A DNA stretch of 64,000 bases from Bugula neritina (GCA_964035545.1 OZ037766.1:32726773-32790772); one strand, 5' to 3'; counted from the stretch's first letter, positions 32,290-52,609 are shown. The notes: generated from the letters alone by a model not told the origin. Translations and numbers: made by a program.

Positions 32290-35200
32290 CACATGATTTA
32301 GAAAAGACTGGAGTCTTTAAAACTTTTGCAAGTGAAAGGGGACACTCATTATAGCACCCCAAACATTTTGAAAAGACGATCTTTGCCCCACATGTACTCA
32401 GCTATTATTCTAGTTTGTTTTGGTTAAGAATCATGCATTTTCTTACTGGAAGAATTGATCTGAAAGTTGGGTGGCATCAACCCCTTTTCTCAACTCAGGA
32501 ATTCATCTCGAGCTAAATTTTGTGTATCATCACCACCAAGCTATTAGCATATCCTGTCTAATTGTATAATCTTTAGATTATCAGAAAATTAGGTAATTAA
32601 AAGGTGATTCAAAAATGGCATCCTGTTATCATTTTGAATATGGGTTACTTAAGTTAGTTTAATTATTTATACTCTGAATGAAAGGAAAAACCACAAAAAG
32701 TTGATCAAAATAAAAAGCCAGGTTTCAAGAACTTTACTGTATTCAAAGTATAATTGTTATAAATACAGTATTATTCTATTATTTTTAAAAAAAAGAACCT
32801 ATAGTCTGCAGTTTAGCCTTTAGTTTTCAGGCTATGGGAATGTTAGCAGGAATATTTGTTTTTTTCAACAAATATTTTAAAGAAATACATTAAATAATAA
32901 AATTATTCATGTGGTAATAGTTATGTTACAGACTTGCAATAATTATATTTAATACATATAACTCTATATACATGACAATAACAGGTTTATAAAGAACATG
33001 GTAGGTGATAATCAAGCTTTAATTCGCAGTAGAAATTATGTATTAAGTAGAATTTCTTTCAGTCTTGTGTATGCTTTTGCTAAAGCATGCCATTTGGTAC
33101 TCAGACAAAATATTTCCAAATTGCAAACCTCGATTAACCTCTACTTTGTTAAGAAGGAAATCCTAACTTAGGATAAATTGGATTAGAGGGTATTATCATA
33201 TGATATCATTGTTGTTTTTAACTTATGCACATCATTCAAACCTCAATTCTGTCCAATAATTAAGTGTTTAAATAGAAGTTTGAAATTCAGCTTTGTTACT
33301 GAAAGGGTATTTCTATTCTTGTGTTATATCACCAATGCTATAAAGCTGTAGCAACTTGACCTGTTATATGTATGTTTATTAAACTATAGCCAATTATAGA
33401 AAGGAGTTCATATTTGACTTATATATAATAGAGAATGTTGTGTAGCCAGACTATAGCCAGTATAGCTGATTATAGTAAGGAGCTCATATAATAGAGAATA
33501 TTGTGTATAGCCAGACTATAGCCAGTATAGCTGATTATAGTAAGGAGCTCATATAATAAAGAATGTTGTGTAGCCAGACTAATCATGTATAGTTTCTGTT
33601 TTCTGTCAGCTGATAATTTTCATACTTTGTTGACATTCAAAATATTTGTGTCTTTATTTCACAATTTGCTCATAATTGAAGTGCATTTCCAGTATTTCAT
33701 TTGTAATACTATTATGCTAATCTTTTGGAGGAGATGCAGTGCTTTATCTTATAGATTCACAATTTCCTGTTTTTATTATGTTTGGAGAAAATAATTCATG
33801 CAACTGGTCAATAAAGAAAACATTCTATAAAGGAAATGACTAACGACACCTGTGTATGCTACATGTTTTGATAAAATCTATTCAATTATAACCAAATTAT
33901 AGAGCTTTCTTAATTCCAAAAGACTTTTTTTGCAAAATTAGCTTGAAAAAATATATGTTCAAAAGTTGGAGTATACTTCAACATTTTGGTGAGCTTTGTA
34001 TCATATATAGGTAACATGCAAGAATGCAAATAAGACTGGTGGCTCTACAGGTCTTAAACAAATGCTATAGTTTGAAGCTTTGGAAAAATGACCCACCAGT
34101 AAGAAAATAATATGCATGTAATGCAACTTCTCATTTCTTCAATATTACTTCAAGCTAATGGTTTTAGACAAAATTGAGAGAAAAGATCAAACTATAATGC
34201 AGAGTGTTTTGGCAGATTACACTGTTTATATTGTCTATGAAAGCTCCTGGAACTGATTGACATGTTCAAATATGTTTATTTCTATAGAACTAGTAGGAAA
34301 TTCATATTAGTAAAAATATATTAGAAAACATATATATTTTTGTCTCATTCAATTCAAGTTGCTAGATTTTTATTTGGCACAATAATGGTATATATTCCTG
34401 GAGTTATGTTCTCAGCATTCGGGTGAGACAACTCTTAAGTTGATTGAGTATCTACAATATTCCAACAGATTCACTGCCGAATGTCAAGGTCACTTGCTAG
34501 CAGCAGCATGCAGGTTGCTAGCAGACACTCTACTTTGCACCCTCATAGCTTGAATGCTGACTCTTGCTATATACAGCATCCATTTCTGTGACAATCAAAC
34601 ATGTGCAATACTTTATTTGTTATAAACCATGTTTGAAATTTATTTCTTAGCTCGCTAAATATTTTAAGATCTTATATAAACATATCTAGACTTTGAGAAA
34701 TGTTCTTTCAACTGAAAGTTTTATAAACGTTCTGTTCAGTGATATTACTGTGACAATACGATAAGGGAATGGAAATGGTGGATTAGTATGCCCTGATGAT
34801 TAATGAAATGGAACTATCAAAGCCTCCCGTAAGCTACACATAAACAAGGATTAGCTGAGTTGATGAAACTCATTTTATCTGGTTGTGTAGCGTTGTGTAT
34901 CCAATTCATTATTCATATGTCAGTTGACAATTCAGTGCGTGGAAAATAAATATTTTGTATTTTCTATGCAGTTTAATAAGAGGCAATGCATTTGATTGGT
35001 ATAATTCATTGGTATCTCCAATGATATGGGCTGGAGCTAGAGGGTTTGGGGTTAAATATATGTGTGACCTTATAGTCAACAGTACCTAATTCATTTTAGA
35101 GGGAGTGACTTTCATGAATATAAAAATACAAATGTAATATAATTGAATAAAATGAATTAAACTATAATAACTGCAGTTCCTTGTAGATCGGTTGAGCTAA

Positions 35201-35549
35201 ATTTCAGGCTAACTAAATGCTGATTGTGATGTTAAGAAATTATAAAGAGTTATACACACTAACTGATTTATTATTCAACTACATAAAAAAATAAAAAAAC
35301 AGAAAGATTTTATGATTTTTCAATGAATTCTTTGCCAAATATAAAGATATCAAACCATAGTGTTGTTACTTAACTATGATATTATGTTTAGGCAATAAGT
35401 AATAGCTGTTAATACTAAGAACTGTTTGATATAATAACTATATCCGATCAGCTTAAGGAAAAGTTTGTTAGCTGTAGATGGTGTACGTAGCACACCAGCA
35501 TCTGTTTGATTGCAGTTGTTCATCCTATAAGAAAAGAGTATCTACTCTT

Positions 35550-35808
35550 GTGTGAGAACCCCTGTTGGTGAAACTTCCTATTGGTGAGAACCCCTGTTGG
35601 AGAGAACCCCTGTTGGACAGACCCCTGTTGGTGAGAACCCCTGTTAGACAGACCCCTGTTGGTGAGACTTCCTGTTAGACAGACCCCTGTTGGTGAGACT
35701 TCCTGTTGGTGAGAACCCCTGTTGGTGAGAACCCCTGTTGGACATACCCCTGTTGGAGAGAACCCCTGTTGGTGAGAACCCCTGTTGGTGAGAACCCCTG
35801 TTGGTGAA
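35550..35808. repeat. 16-bp minisatellite (gagaacccctgttggt)
   Basis: About 16 copies. Confidence 0.9.
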
Positions 35809-36209
35809 GATTTTAAACAAGGATGGAAGAAACAGATAAAGAAGCTCTTTCTGACCTCACCAATAGCTACACCAGCCTTCTGATCTGAGCACTGACAGCA
35901 GAACTGCACTCTGAGCAATAAACATAGGCTTCTGCAGATTGGCTAAACTGGAAACAAGGAATTGTGAATATGCTGAACCACTGGAAGACAAACTGGAGCT
36001 GATATTAAAGCATAGGCTGGTATGAGAAATTACAATAAACCAACCACGTCATCTGGTACAGCTAACTTGAGGGATAAACAGAAAATTAAGCAAATCATGC
36101 ATACGTCAGAAAAAGATGAACATAAAACTTGAGAGAGTTTACAGTGAGAGCTACTCTAATGGAAAGGTTTTTAAGCAGGCAGCTATGTACTTTTTCTATT
36201 GTATCAACA

Positions 36210-36270
36210 GAGCAATTATGACTTAATGCCCTTCCTAGCATTGATAATGGCCTTTATGGGGTTCGAACCT
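36210..36270 (-). mobile_element. Partial copy of the tRNA-derived SINE seen at 3400-3524
   Basis: gagcaattatgac...cttccta..at...taatggccttt...ggg.tcgaacc aligns with 3410-3470. Confidence 0.6.
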
Positions 36271-36469
36271 TGTGTTTATTATAAAAAAAAAATTTGTTTG
36301 TCACCATTCAGTTTGTAGAAGTTCAAAAAGCAAGTGTGACAGCTAATAATAGAATGTGCTGGGCAATATTTCATTGGTGAGAGTTTATTGTGGAAACAAC
36401 GGATTTGGTTACACCTAACCATGACATCATGTTTAGTTGCATCACCATTCCTTTCTCTCAAATGGAATA

Positions 36470-36900
36470 GCTGACATCTTACAGCAAGTATAACCTGTCA
36501 TTTAGTAGAAACTCTATGACATGCTAGAGCAGGTACCTGTCACTTAATAGACTTCATGACATCCTACAGCAAGTACCTGTCACTTAGTAAAGACTCCATG
36601 ACATGTTAGAGCAGGTACCTGTCACTTATATATAGTAACTGGCTTCTTGACATGCTAGATCAGGTACTTGTCACTTAATAGACTTCATGACATCCTACAG
36701 CAAATACCTGTCACTTATAGTATAGCTAGCTTCTTGTCATGCTAGATCAGGTACCTGTCACTTAATAGACTTCATGGCATCCTACAGCAAGTACCTGTCA
36801 CTTATAGTATAGCTGGCTTCTTGACATGCTAGACCAGGTACCTGTCACTTAGTAGAGACTCCGTGACATCTTACAGCAGGTACCTGCCACTTGATAGAGA
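36470..36900. repeat. ~40-bp minisatellite (gacatgctagagcaggtacctgtcactta...) upstream of WAP gene 1
   Basis: About 10 alternating variant copies. Confidence 0.85.
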
Positions 36901-37080
36901 AGCCATGAAGATGAAATGAGGGGATTATTGCATATTGCAATGGGATTAGTGACTCTTTCTACCACTTAGCATCAAGTCTTCTGTATCACACGTAAGTCAT
37001 TAATCATATTAAGACTGGGTATATTTATGTATGCATAGATTAGTGTTGGTGATTATTTCATCTGAGCTTCAACTATCAAC

Positions 37081-42095
<5,015 letters not shown>

Positions 42096-43674
42096 AGAAC
42101 AAGAAGCTGTCAGCTCACACTAAACATTGTACATACAGAAAAAATTGAACAAAACAAATAAAAAAGTGCTTATTCATGCTTGTTAAATAACTATCTTATA
42201 TTAAATAGAAAACAAGTTAATTTTGTAATGAATAAAACAGTTTATCTAAAGGAATTTCCAAAGATATACCAATAATATGATATTAAAATCTGTAAAGTAT
42301 AATATATGCCCGACATTTTTAACTGATTCTGGTTGGTGCTAACCCTTTGGAAATATTCTGCTAGTATTTATTAATTTCAAGTCAATAAAATAGAAAATAC
42401 AATCATATATACTCAATAAAAACTTGTGTGCGCCATGCCTTCATTAGCTTTGGGTTAGATATACCATCTATAGCAAAACAGTAACATTTGCATTATACAA
42501 GACAAAAGGGAAATATTGCTATCATAATGACATAGCTATAAGTTAAATGTCTTGATTATAAATCACCAAAACTCAAAATATTACTGAACACCTAATGGTC
42601 GTTAAAATATATGCACTACTTTCCTCTCCTTAAGACAAATCTCAACATCCCATGGGAAAGACAACTCTTAACACCCTAGTTGGACAGATAAATAACAAAC
42701 TAGTCTTATAAAGTTTTAAAGCATTACCAGCCCAAGAGAGAAAGTCCTTATAGCTTCATATAAATAACTTGCAGCAAGAGTGTCCAGATTCAAACATAAT
42801 ATTAGATATGTAAGTCGCTTTGACTTTTTGGGAATTTTTCTGTGGTTAAAAATTTCACAAAAAGTGCTATAGCTTATGCACTCAAGAGCTAGAATTTCAA
42901 GAACGCATCATCTTCAGTATTTGTGTATTTCAATTGTGTTAGTTTAAAATGAAGTTTGTTTATTGCATTTTGTGTGGGTTTGATATTCCAAATACAATAT
43001 GACAATTAATTATTGTAAGAATATAAAAATTGTGTTTTTATTTTGAATTATATACTTTTAAAGGCATATCATATAGTCCTCATGCAGAAAGCTTTTTGCA
43101 ATACATGTATCACCCACCAGTAACACACGAATTTCATCAAATACAACTGAAACGATAAGATTAGATTTCCTGCTTCAGAGAAAGATAAGTTTAGGTTTTG
43201 CTGAAGTTTTAAGTTGTTAAAATCTGTATGTAAAATATTGTATAAAGAAAAAGCGTTAGTCTGATTGATTTGGTAGCATTCAACTGTTGCTAGTAAAGTG
43301 CAATGCATGAACATAGCACAGGTAGGGTGGTTATTGTCAGTTAGTTTTCTGGTCAACCAGAAAAGCCGTTAAGCCTTGATAATGCAACTTTCAGCCCACT
43401 AACCACTGCAACTCACAAATCTTGAGTATTTCTTTATTACACTCGAACCCAGCTGCTATAAATAGATTATAGCCTGAGGTACAGCATACTATAGCTGAGT
43501 TTTCTAATCATAATGTTTCCAAAAACAACATTTAATCTTATTTAGGATGTGAAGTGAACTGATGCATTTGGGTAATTACAGTAAGCTAATCCTGGTTAAG
43601 TAGATATTATTATAATTTGTAGAAATCTTAGGTAAGGTAGCATTCGCTCTCAGGTATTCTGTACACTAAGCAAC

Positions 43675-46600
43675 ATGAAGGTTAGTACTAATCATACTAC
43701 TCTCTATTGCCTGTACTTTCTAGCTGACTCAAACTGTCTTTCTTTTTATTTAGAGTTGCATGATGAAATTCTATGTTTCTATGCAAATGTTGCTCATATA
43801 CTTTGCTCTAAAACCTATATACTCTTCTAATTATAACTAAAGAAATGTTTCTTATATTAAAGATTTAAATACTTAGTCTATGATAAAGGAGTTATCCACA
43901 AATCATAAGTTTTTAATAATACATATTAATACAATTTCTTAAAGGAGTTATGGTAAAAGTCTTAGACAAATACATTCTAAGAAATGTTGATCTTTCAAGG
44001 CAGCCAAATTTTATCACTTTGATGCTTACAATCAGAGTTAATTACAATTTTGAAAATTAAATAAAATCTTATTTTTAAAAGTCAATGAGAATTTACACTC
44101 CAAAGGGTGGAGTATATTAAAATAGACTGTTGTAACAAACCCTCTAGTTCTAACATTTCAAAACCAATTTCAAATTGTGGTTTTTCCACAAGTAAAATCT
44201 TATAATGAAATTACAAGCTCTCAGATTTGTAGGTTACAGGAGAAGTAAAGTTAGCACAAGGTTTGTCAATGTGGCTAAAATATTTGATATTTGGTAACAT
44301 TCACTACTATAGAAGAAATATGAAACATTGGATGCTTTTCAGCTTATAATTGTGAATCATGATTACATATGACTCATATTTCTGAGTCATGAGTGATTAT
44401 GACTCATATAGTATTTGAATCTTACTATAAACTTTGTTACTTTTGTTAGAAATATGTGCAAATGACATCTCACACCATTTTCCATGCTAACTAAAAGCAA
44501 ACTTCTATACAAATGTTAAATATGCGACAAAGACCTCCATTTTAATAGATTGAGATCCTGTTCTGTAAACATGGTTAGGAGGAACATCTTTAACTCTTTG
44601 GAAACTGCTCCACAGCAGCTGAAGTGTTGGTGTCATCCCAGTTAGACGCTATTAATTTATTTTGGTACAATATATATTTTATGTACAATTTATTTGAATA
44701 TTATTGAAATATAATGCATATTTAAATAAACTTGGATCAATTGTTTGCTATTTAGCTCATAAATAAAGTCCTTTGATCAGTATTAATTTATTAATTTTGC
44801 ATATTCTATACTTTTTGTTGTTTGAAAAAATATTTCTTTAATAGGTATTCATTAAAAATAATGTCTATTATTAATGTATTACTGTTTTTTGTCCCACACA
44901 AATCTATGAAAAGTGGGCTATTGTTTCAGATACTTTATATTAGCTATTATAGCTATAATTAGCACATTAGCTATTTAGCAATAAATACAACAGTTATATA
45001 CACTATTATGGTACCAAAATAAAAAATGGCGTCTAATTGGGAAGCGTCTATCTGGGGTGAAACTGGAGTGTTTTGATATAAAGATAGGCAGCTTTTTATT
45101 AACTTCGAGGAGGGAGGGTCTGTGCGGGATCAAAATCACTTCTTGCATCATGCACAGTCTACAGCCTACTTGAGCAAAGCTTTATTACCAGAGATTCTCA
45201 CAAGGACAGCAATTTAGAATTTTATAAATTTCTCAGCTTAGTTTTATTTAAGTTCTAGAGCATTCTGTTTGAGGTGCAAGTGTGTACCTACCAGTCTTGT
45301 CTCCGGGTAACACCGACAGTTAAAAATAGAAATAATCTCCAGATAATTACGTGTAGTTTATAGATAAGTTTATCACCAAGGAAAGGTATTAAATTCCTAA
45401 AGTAGATTTATAATTTGCCAACATTATACTTAGTTCATGTTTTTATAGGACTAGTAAAACTGAAAAAAAAAACATTAACGGATTAAAGTGTGATTACAAA
45501 TGGTACCGAAGGGTAGAACTATTCCGGAATTCTGCTAAATGTTTACTTTAGAAATTCTTTAGAAATTCTTCATAAAGTTTTCAAACTATTTGTAGTCTTT
45601 ACCTACAATTATTGCCCAAGACATTTCGCAATAACTACTTTATCTTCGCAGTAACTCATAGCTTCTTATTACAAAACAAAGCAGATATATTATAATATAC
45701 TGAGAAACATGTTAGGTTCTACTAACTATGGTTTATACTGTAACAGGTGACTGTTGTTTTACAGCGAGCTCTCTACACAAAGTTGTACTTGGGTCTACAG
45801 TTACTCCTCGCTGGACTTATTCATACAGACTGTCTCGTTAACAATAAAGATGGTATTGAAGTGGTACGGCCAAAACTCTTCTACAGTCCAACACTTTTCC
45901 TATCATAAGAAATCAATTCTAGCTAACAAAAGCATTGAGAAATCATTTTATTCCCACACAAAGAATGGAAAACCCATAAACTCGCTTTTAAATAAATTAT
46001 TTATGGAACGCAATGGCAAGATATCAGTAGCGTTATATTATTATATTGTATTGCTTTATTTATATTGCTAATATTATAGCATAATTATATAATTTTATGT
46101 TATGCTATATCCTTATATCTCTTATATTAAATTACATTTTGTACCTTACTATAATATAATATTTCAGCACATACATACTTAACATATTGGTGGTAACTTT
46201 TCTATTTCCTTTACTCTTTAGGTGCTGAACTTAAAACAACTAAGAGACCGCCTGGTGGAAATAGCAAGTCCCTCAGCTCTCCCCCACTCACAAGTTCCCT
46301 CTGTATCCACCACTGTAGCACCTTCTACCACAACAGACCCAAGGGTTGGTTTTTTAGTAATGCAGGATACGTTACAATAGTTATTGATTGCTTATCACAT
46401 AACATATTCACCATTTTGTTGGCTAATGTTTAAAGGGCAAGTTAGTCTGTCCCCAACCCTTAACCTGGTTCGTGACAGAAAGAGACGAGAGGTTCTGTGA
46501 ATCTGATTTAGACTGCTCATATCCCACAGAGAAGTGCTGTGATTGGTTTGACAAGAAACACTGCCTAAGGGGAATAGATACTACCCCTCATCCAGGTGCA

Positions 46601-49444
46601 CATCTCTGCTCATTATAATATACTGCTAGATACTACCCCTCACTCACAACTCTGTTTATTATAATATACTGCCAAATACTACCCCTCATCCAGGTACATA
46701 GCTCTGTTTATTATAATATACTGCTAGATACTACCCCTCATCCAGGTGCACATCTCTGCTCATTATAATATACTGCTAGATACTACCCCTCACTCACAAC
46801 TCTGTTTATTATAATATACTGCCAAATACTACCCCTCATCCAGGTACACAGCTCTGTTTATTATAATATACTGCTAGATACTACCCCTCATCCAGGTACA
46901 CAGCTCTGTTTATTATAATATACTGCTAGATACTACCCCTCATCCAGGTACACAGCTCTGTTTATTATAATATACTGCTAGATACTACCCCTCATCCAGG
47001 TACACAGCTCTGTTTATTATAATAATTTACTAGATACTACCCCTCCTTCAGGTTGACATCTTTAGTTACCTGAGTAAGCTTTACAAGTTAGATGTTACCC
47101 CTTGCTAATTTTTATCAGTTTTATGGAAAAGTTCAATTACGTAATACAATGTCACAGTATCTTATTAGGACAAATTACAATAATATAATACAATGTCACA
47201 AAACCTGCAGGACAATGCTCAACTGTGATAAATGATGGCTGCTTGGCTGACCACGTGAGTTGTGAGTACGATGGACAATGCGGAAGTATAGATGAGAAGT
47301 GTTGTTTCAACTTTGGCTGTGGCTACATGGAGTGTCAGAATATACGTCAGGTAATCTTTAAAACATCTCTGCTGATGAATATATCATAGTAGGCTATATG
47401 GTTTTACTGCGGAGGAAAATTCTCCAAGTAGTATGAATGCTGCATATTCATTCACTGCAGTTTCTGCACCACATTTTACAGTAGGCAACTTTTAGTTGAA
47501 GTGAATAGAGTAAACGCTATGCATTGCCTAAAACCCCTCAGTTGTGGTCCCAAATCCCCCCTCACCATTTGCATTACGCCCCTTTTCTGTAACATTCTCT
47601 ATCATGCTGACTGTAGCATCTGGCGTGTCCCAGCAGCTCCGAGATTTCTCTAACGTCTGCTGCCAACTGCACAGCAGACGTTAACTGTACTGCAGAGGAG
47701 AAGTGCTGTGAGACAGATGGTGGATACAAGTGTGTCAGCGGCATCAGTACACTGCCCAGACCAGGTATGGTGTTGTAGGGTAACATATTGTTATTAGACA
47801 GTGGTATCACTACCCAGACCAGGTATGGTGTTGTAGAGTAACATATTGTTACATCCTGTATCACAGTGTCACTATATACTCTCTAATGCCATCCCCTAGG
47901 GTTCTGCCCCATGCCTGTTAGTGGGAGAGATACAGAGTGTACTGACAAACAGCAGTGTGAGTACGACTCCCAGTGCAGCTCCTCTCATCACAAGTGCTGC
48001 CTCGACCCAGATTGTGGACGTCACGTCTGCTCTGATATGAATAGGGTATGAAAAGAATGTTCACTGTTCTATGATCATATTATTAATACCTTTCCCACAA
48101 CATACCACATATTTTATATATATTTTATATTTATATTTTATAGAACATGTAGTACACATTTTCTAGTGTATTATATATTATGGTATACTTTATATGACTT
48201 AGCTTTTATAGTATCTGTTGTATGTCATATATTATATATGTTGTTGTTTAGTATATTATATAATACATGTTTTAGTATGCTTTATACTTGACATGTATTT
48301 CATATGTTGTAATTGACATGTTACTTATTATATGTTTCATATTATATGATAGATATTGAATACAATATATTACTATCCATCCAGGACTTCGCATGCCCAG
48401 TCACTAACCCCACTCAGTTTCCCACCAACTCCAGCTCTTCATGCTCAGATATCTGTGGAAGTTTTGGAATTCTGTGCTGTCCAATTGGTGTGGACCCACA
48501 AGACAACCTGGTAAAGCACTGCATACCAGGAGTGTTACACCTTCCCAAGCCAGGTATGTTGGTTACTGTTTGTTTACTTGTCTCCTAGCTATCAACTCTC
48601 TAGAAATAATTCTATACAACACATGTTTAAAGTACATTTCAGCAATTAAATAGACATATTTGTGTGACCTTATAGGTCAATGCCCCACCCCCGTGGAACA
48701 GAGCAACGTAACGTGTTCTCCAGACTCCCTGGACGCTTGTCTCTACGACTCTGAATGCTGGTCAGAACACAAATGCTGTGAGAATAGCTGTGGGTTTAAA
48801 GACTGTGTTCAGCCAGAAGATCACAGGGCGGTAAGTAAAGATGCTGCGTTCTTTTTAAACAAAAGTGTGTGGACCAAATGACGAGCTCAGTGGAAAGCTG
48901 AGGGCAGCTTTAATTAGTAACATGATGTCATATTGTATGACCAAATCAGGGATAGCTTGGAATTGTTTCATGAAATCAAAAATGCAAAAATATATAAATA
49001 GTTCTGCAATGAAGTATCTGTAAATTCTCATGACCCACAGTTGATTGATTGATACATTTCTGTTAGAGATACTATACTACATACTCGGCCATTGTTTTGC
49101 CAGTTTTGGTGCACAGAAAGACAGCGCAGGTGTACTGAAATGTGCCCCTCCCCAATACCTTGGTACATGACTCTCACAGATAGTTTATCAGGTTGAGAAA
49201 CCAGTCTTTAGAGTCTGTGGTCTAGTTGGTTGCATGGCTTCTGGTTAGTTAGTAGTTGATGATTTCACAGATAGTTATCTGGGATTAGTTACATGTTTGT
49301 GGCATGCAGCTGTAAACAGGATTACATGTAGCAAGGTTATCTTCATATCTCTATTTAGTGCAATGTGGATAGTACTGACCTCTTTACTTATTTCCTTTGC
49401 AGGTACTACTAGAAAAGGTTGTGGAGCTCATGGGAGGTGCCTAA
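43675..49444 (+). CDS. Secreted multi-WAP protein 2, [6Cys-8Cys]x3, ~391 aa (paralog of gene 1)
   Basis: Exons 43675-43680 (MK; same caacATGxAG|GT context as gene 1), 45765-45852 (signal peptide), 46222-46343 (S/T/P-rich), 46436-46595, 47211-47350, 47617-47764, 47900-48045, 48385-48553, 48676-48830, 49403-49444. Shares WFDKKHCL, DMNR|DFACP and PKPG motifs with gene 1. Confidence 0.82.
46575..47055 (+). repeat. ~52-bp x10 tandem repeat spanning an exon end and splice donor
   Basis: tactacccctc recurs at 46579, 46631, 46677, 46729, 46781, 46827, 46879, 46931, 46983 and 47035; most copies retain CAG|GT. Confidence 0.9.
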
Positions 49445-51192
49445 CAGGTGGCCCAGAAAAAGTATTTTTGTAAATAATGTTGACTAACTAAAAGTCAAAC
49501 ACACCATTAACATTGTAAATTGCAATGAGGCCACAATAAGGAGGAATCACAATGAGGCCACAAAAAGGAGAAACCTCATGACAAAGTAACTCTTCCATAC
49601 TTTTTCAACAATAATCAAATTAATCAATATTACTTTATTAATCAAACTGATCAATATTCAATAATCAAAATGATATTTTTATGATTTTATTAGCTGCTTT
49701 TTTATAGAATATTGTGTTATTTCTTTAGCTGTACTTTGCTATATTATATATAATAGTGATCACCTTTACAATATTGGACTATTTTATACATGCAGCTAAG
49801 CATCTATATGATCTAAAACTTCTAGAGATAATGGAAGACTCATGGGCATGTTGCTATGAGGTAACTGAGAGTATAATATTTTGTTATAACTGGTGGGAAG
49901 AAACATAAGGATGCTGGAGTGTAAATAATACAATATATATAATTAATAAATAAGAACTATTACTTGTAAATGCATGACTATGGGACAAAGAATCAACTTG
50001 AGGCTCCTATGTTTCCTGATGATGGTAGCTCTGAATCTGAGTCAGACTTTTGATGACTTAGTGGTACGTCCGTTATACACTACTACTAGAATCTAGGCTG
50101 ACAAATCTTTCACTCAGGCTGACAAATAGCATGCATGTAAAAGAAAGCTATACTGTAGCGTTGATTCAGCAAATGTAGGTGTTGTGTGCATATCACCTTT
50201 TTTTCCATTGAAGCAACTGTAACATCATGGTTGTCTAGCCAAATAAACACGCATTGGCTTCATTTTTTAAGAAACCATATTCGACTAAACACCTAGACTT
50301 TGGCGTTCTCTTTATCTTTACTGAGTTACATATTCCAAGTTTTTTCCTTAAAACTTGGTCAATTTTGAGGAAAGTACAGCAAGGGAAAATATTAGAAAAG
50401 CTTGTATTATTAATGAGAAACCTTCTAAAAAGTTATGTTTTTACAAAACCTTCTACCAGTGTTTCTAATCAAAATATTTTAGGAAAATTAAGTACATACA
50501 TAGGCCATTAAACATTATTACACTTTAATTTTTTTTGTCAAGTGAGAACTTAAAATTACAAAGTGTATGTACAGCGCAAAGGGTTTGTTGTCATAGAGTC
50601 TTTGAAACACACGGCAGGTTGCAGCAGGTGTCTGCATAGTACTACAGCTAGAAAGTGTCATCAGGCGTGTCATAGTGTATATTTGTATAGTGAGGTACAT
50701 GTAAGGCAGCAGGCATCACTTTTAAATCTTGGAAGGACTTAGAATTTTAAACTCATGAATCACTCTGACAAAGAGAAAAGTCGATGAACAAATTACAACC
50801 AATAGTTTTGTTTTCTGATTATTTCAAGATTGGCTAATCTCTTGTGGTTTACAAAACTATGCATAGAGATTACATTACATATTGTATTATGTACTCTTGA
50901 TTCGCAAATCTTAGCTTTTTGCTGAAATACGTAATATTGTAAGATGATGCAAGAATCAAAAACATTATTTGTGCACTAAAAGTATTATGGCTAGATGCTT
51001 CATTACACACCAGATATTTTCAGTGGGCCGACGTCATGAGGTGATGAAGATAAAATCTCCCAAAACATTAGTTAACTTGTCTGATGAGGTTAAACTAACA
51101 GAAGAAATTCTTCCAATTCTGCAGGATGCCCTTTGTGCAGATACAAAATGTTTTGAGTTGATTCTGTGTGGTGTTGAACGTTGTTACTTCAG

Positions 51193-52352
51193 ATAGAGTA
51201 CGCGCAATACGGAGCCTGCTGCGTAAACCAGGATCCACCAATCGTAACAGTGGAAAAGCTGACAGTGCAGGCTCGCACGAGGACCGTGACTGTGAAGCAG
51301 AGAATAGCCGGAAGATGTGGTGTTTTTGGTTGGGATAGCTGCACTCGCTACACAACTAACTTAGTGTGAGTTCCAATAGTATCAACTATGCGTAGGCTTC
51401 AGGCCTCGTATTGTGGTAGCTTCATGCTAATAGCTCACAGTCTTATTTGAAGCTCAATAGTCTCATTACAAGTTATAGCAAGTACTTGGAGGGCAAAACA
51501 CGCTAAAATGGATTAAGTAAATACTGAGCACACATTCAGTTCTGGCCAAGGGTTGGTTGATATTAATGAAATGAATTCATTCTACAAGTAAAATTATGAC
51601 TTGGCAACTTTTTTATTTTCAACCGTCTTTCTACACTATAGCTACAACGTAGTAAGATTTTTCTGTTTTTACATATATTGTACGTTATTGCTATTTTATA
51701 TATGCTATATAATGTTATTATAGGCTCTGTGTATATTGTATATTATGCTCCATATGTATATTATGTTAAATAATATATACTATGTACTATACTATGTACT
51801 AGCATATATGCTAATTTAGAAAGAAAGCAAACCACGTCTATTAAATATTAAGTATCCATTGTCTCCCCACGCATTGAAGCCACTGGTTAGCCAACCACAT
51901 GTAAACTTTAGAGACACCACGACTAGCTTAGCAGTAGTTTCGATACGTAGAAATATGATGAATATATTTTGCTATTGCTATATATTCTGTCTCCCTGCAA
52001 TGATATTAATGTTGCTGTATTTATTGCTCTGTTCTGCAGCCCACAGCAGTACTACGTCCAGCTGTACACCCACAACACCAAGTATTCTCCTTGCAAGAAG
52101 TTCAGCTGCTGTGATGGTTTTCAGCAATTGCTAGACAAGTGCATAGGTACAGTATAATCTTATATAATACAACTATGTGTCTGCAGCAACTGTTGTGAGA
52201 CTATTTTATGGAGTTGTCCTTTCTCTCCTGTAGACTTGAAGAACTTTTCCAAGGTAGTCACGCTGCTAGCTGATTGGAGAGAGAACAACCCCGCGGGTGA
52301 GCTAAAGGCAGCCCTGGCTAATATCTTAGTGAAAGAGAAGATCTTTGGCTAA
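51193..52352 (+). CDS. Small EMI-domain-like cysteine-rich protein (5' exons unresolved)
   Basis: Exons 51193-51365, 52040-52146 and 52234-52352 give ACC...(beta-rich)...RCGVFGWDSCTRY...YYVQ...CCDGFQQLLDKC, the EMI cysteine/aromatic pattern, then a helical tail and stop. Confidence 0.65.
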
Positions 52353-52609
52353 GGCATAGCAAACTGAAAAACTCACTTCTGGGGCCAGGAAAAATTAAGA
52401 AACTGGTTTTAGTGAAAATACATTTATTTGAATAAGAAATGATAACTCCAAGATATATACAACAAAATAAATGCACCAATCATAATAAATATACATCCCA
52501 CTAATTCTACAGTCAAGCGCACTTCATAACTATATTGTACTTTGAATTATAAAATTAATGAGCAAACGACTCTAATTGTCATAGATATAATTTTAAGAAA
52601 CACTACTGG

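Noticed and set aside
35520-35918. 132-aa ORF with SPTGV/NRGSHQQ repeats
   Set aside because: Product of the 16-bp minisatellite.
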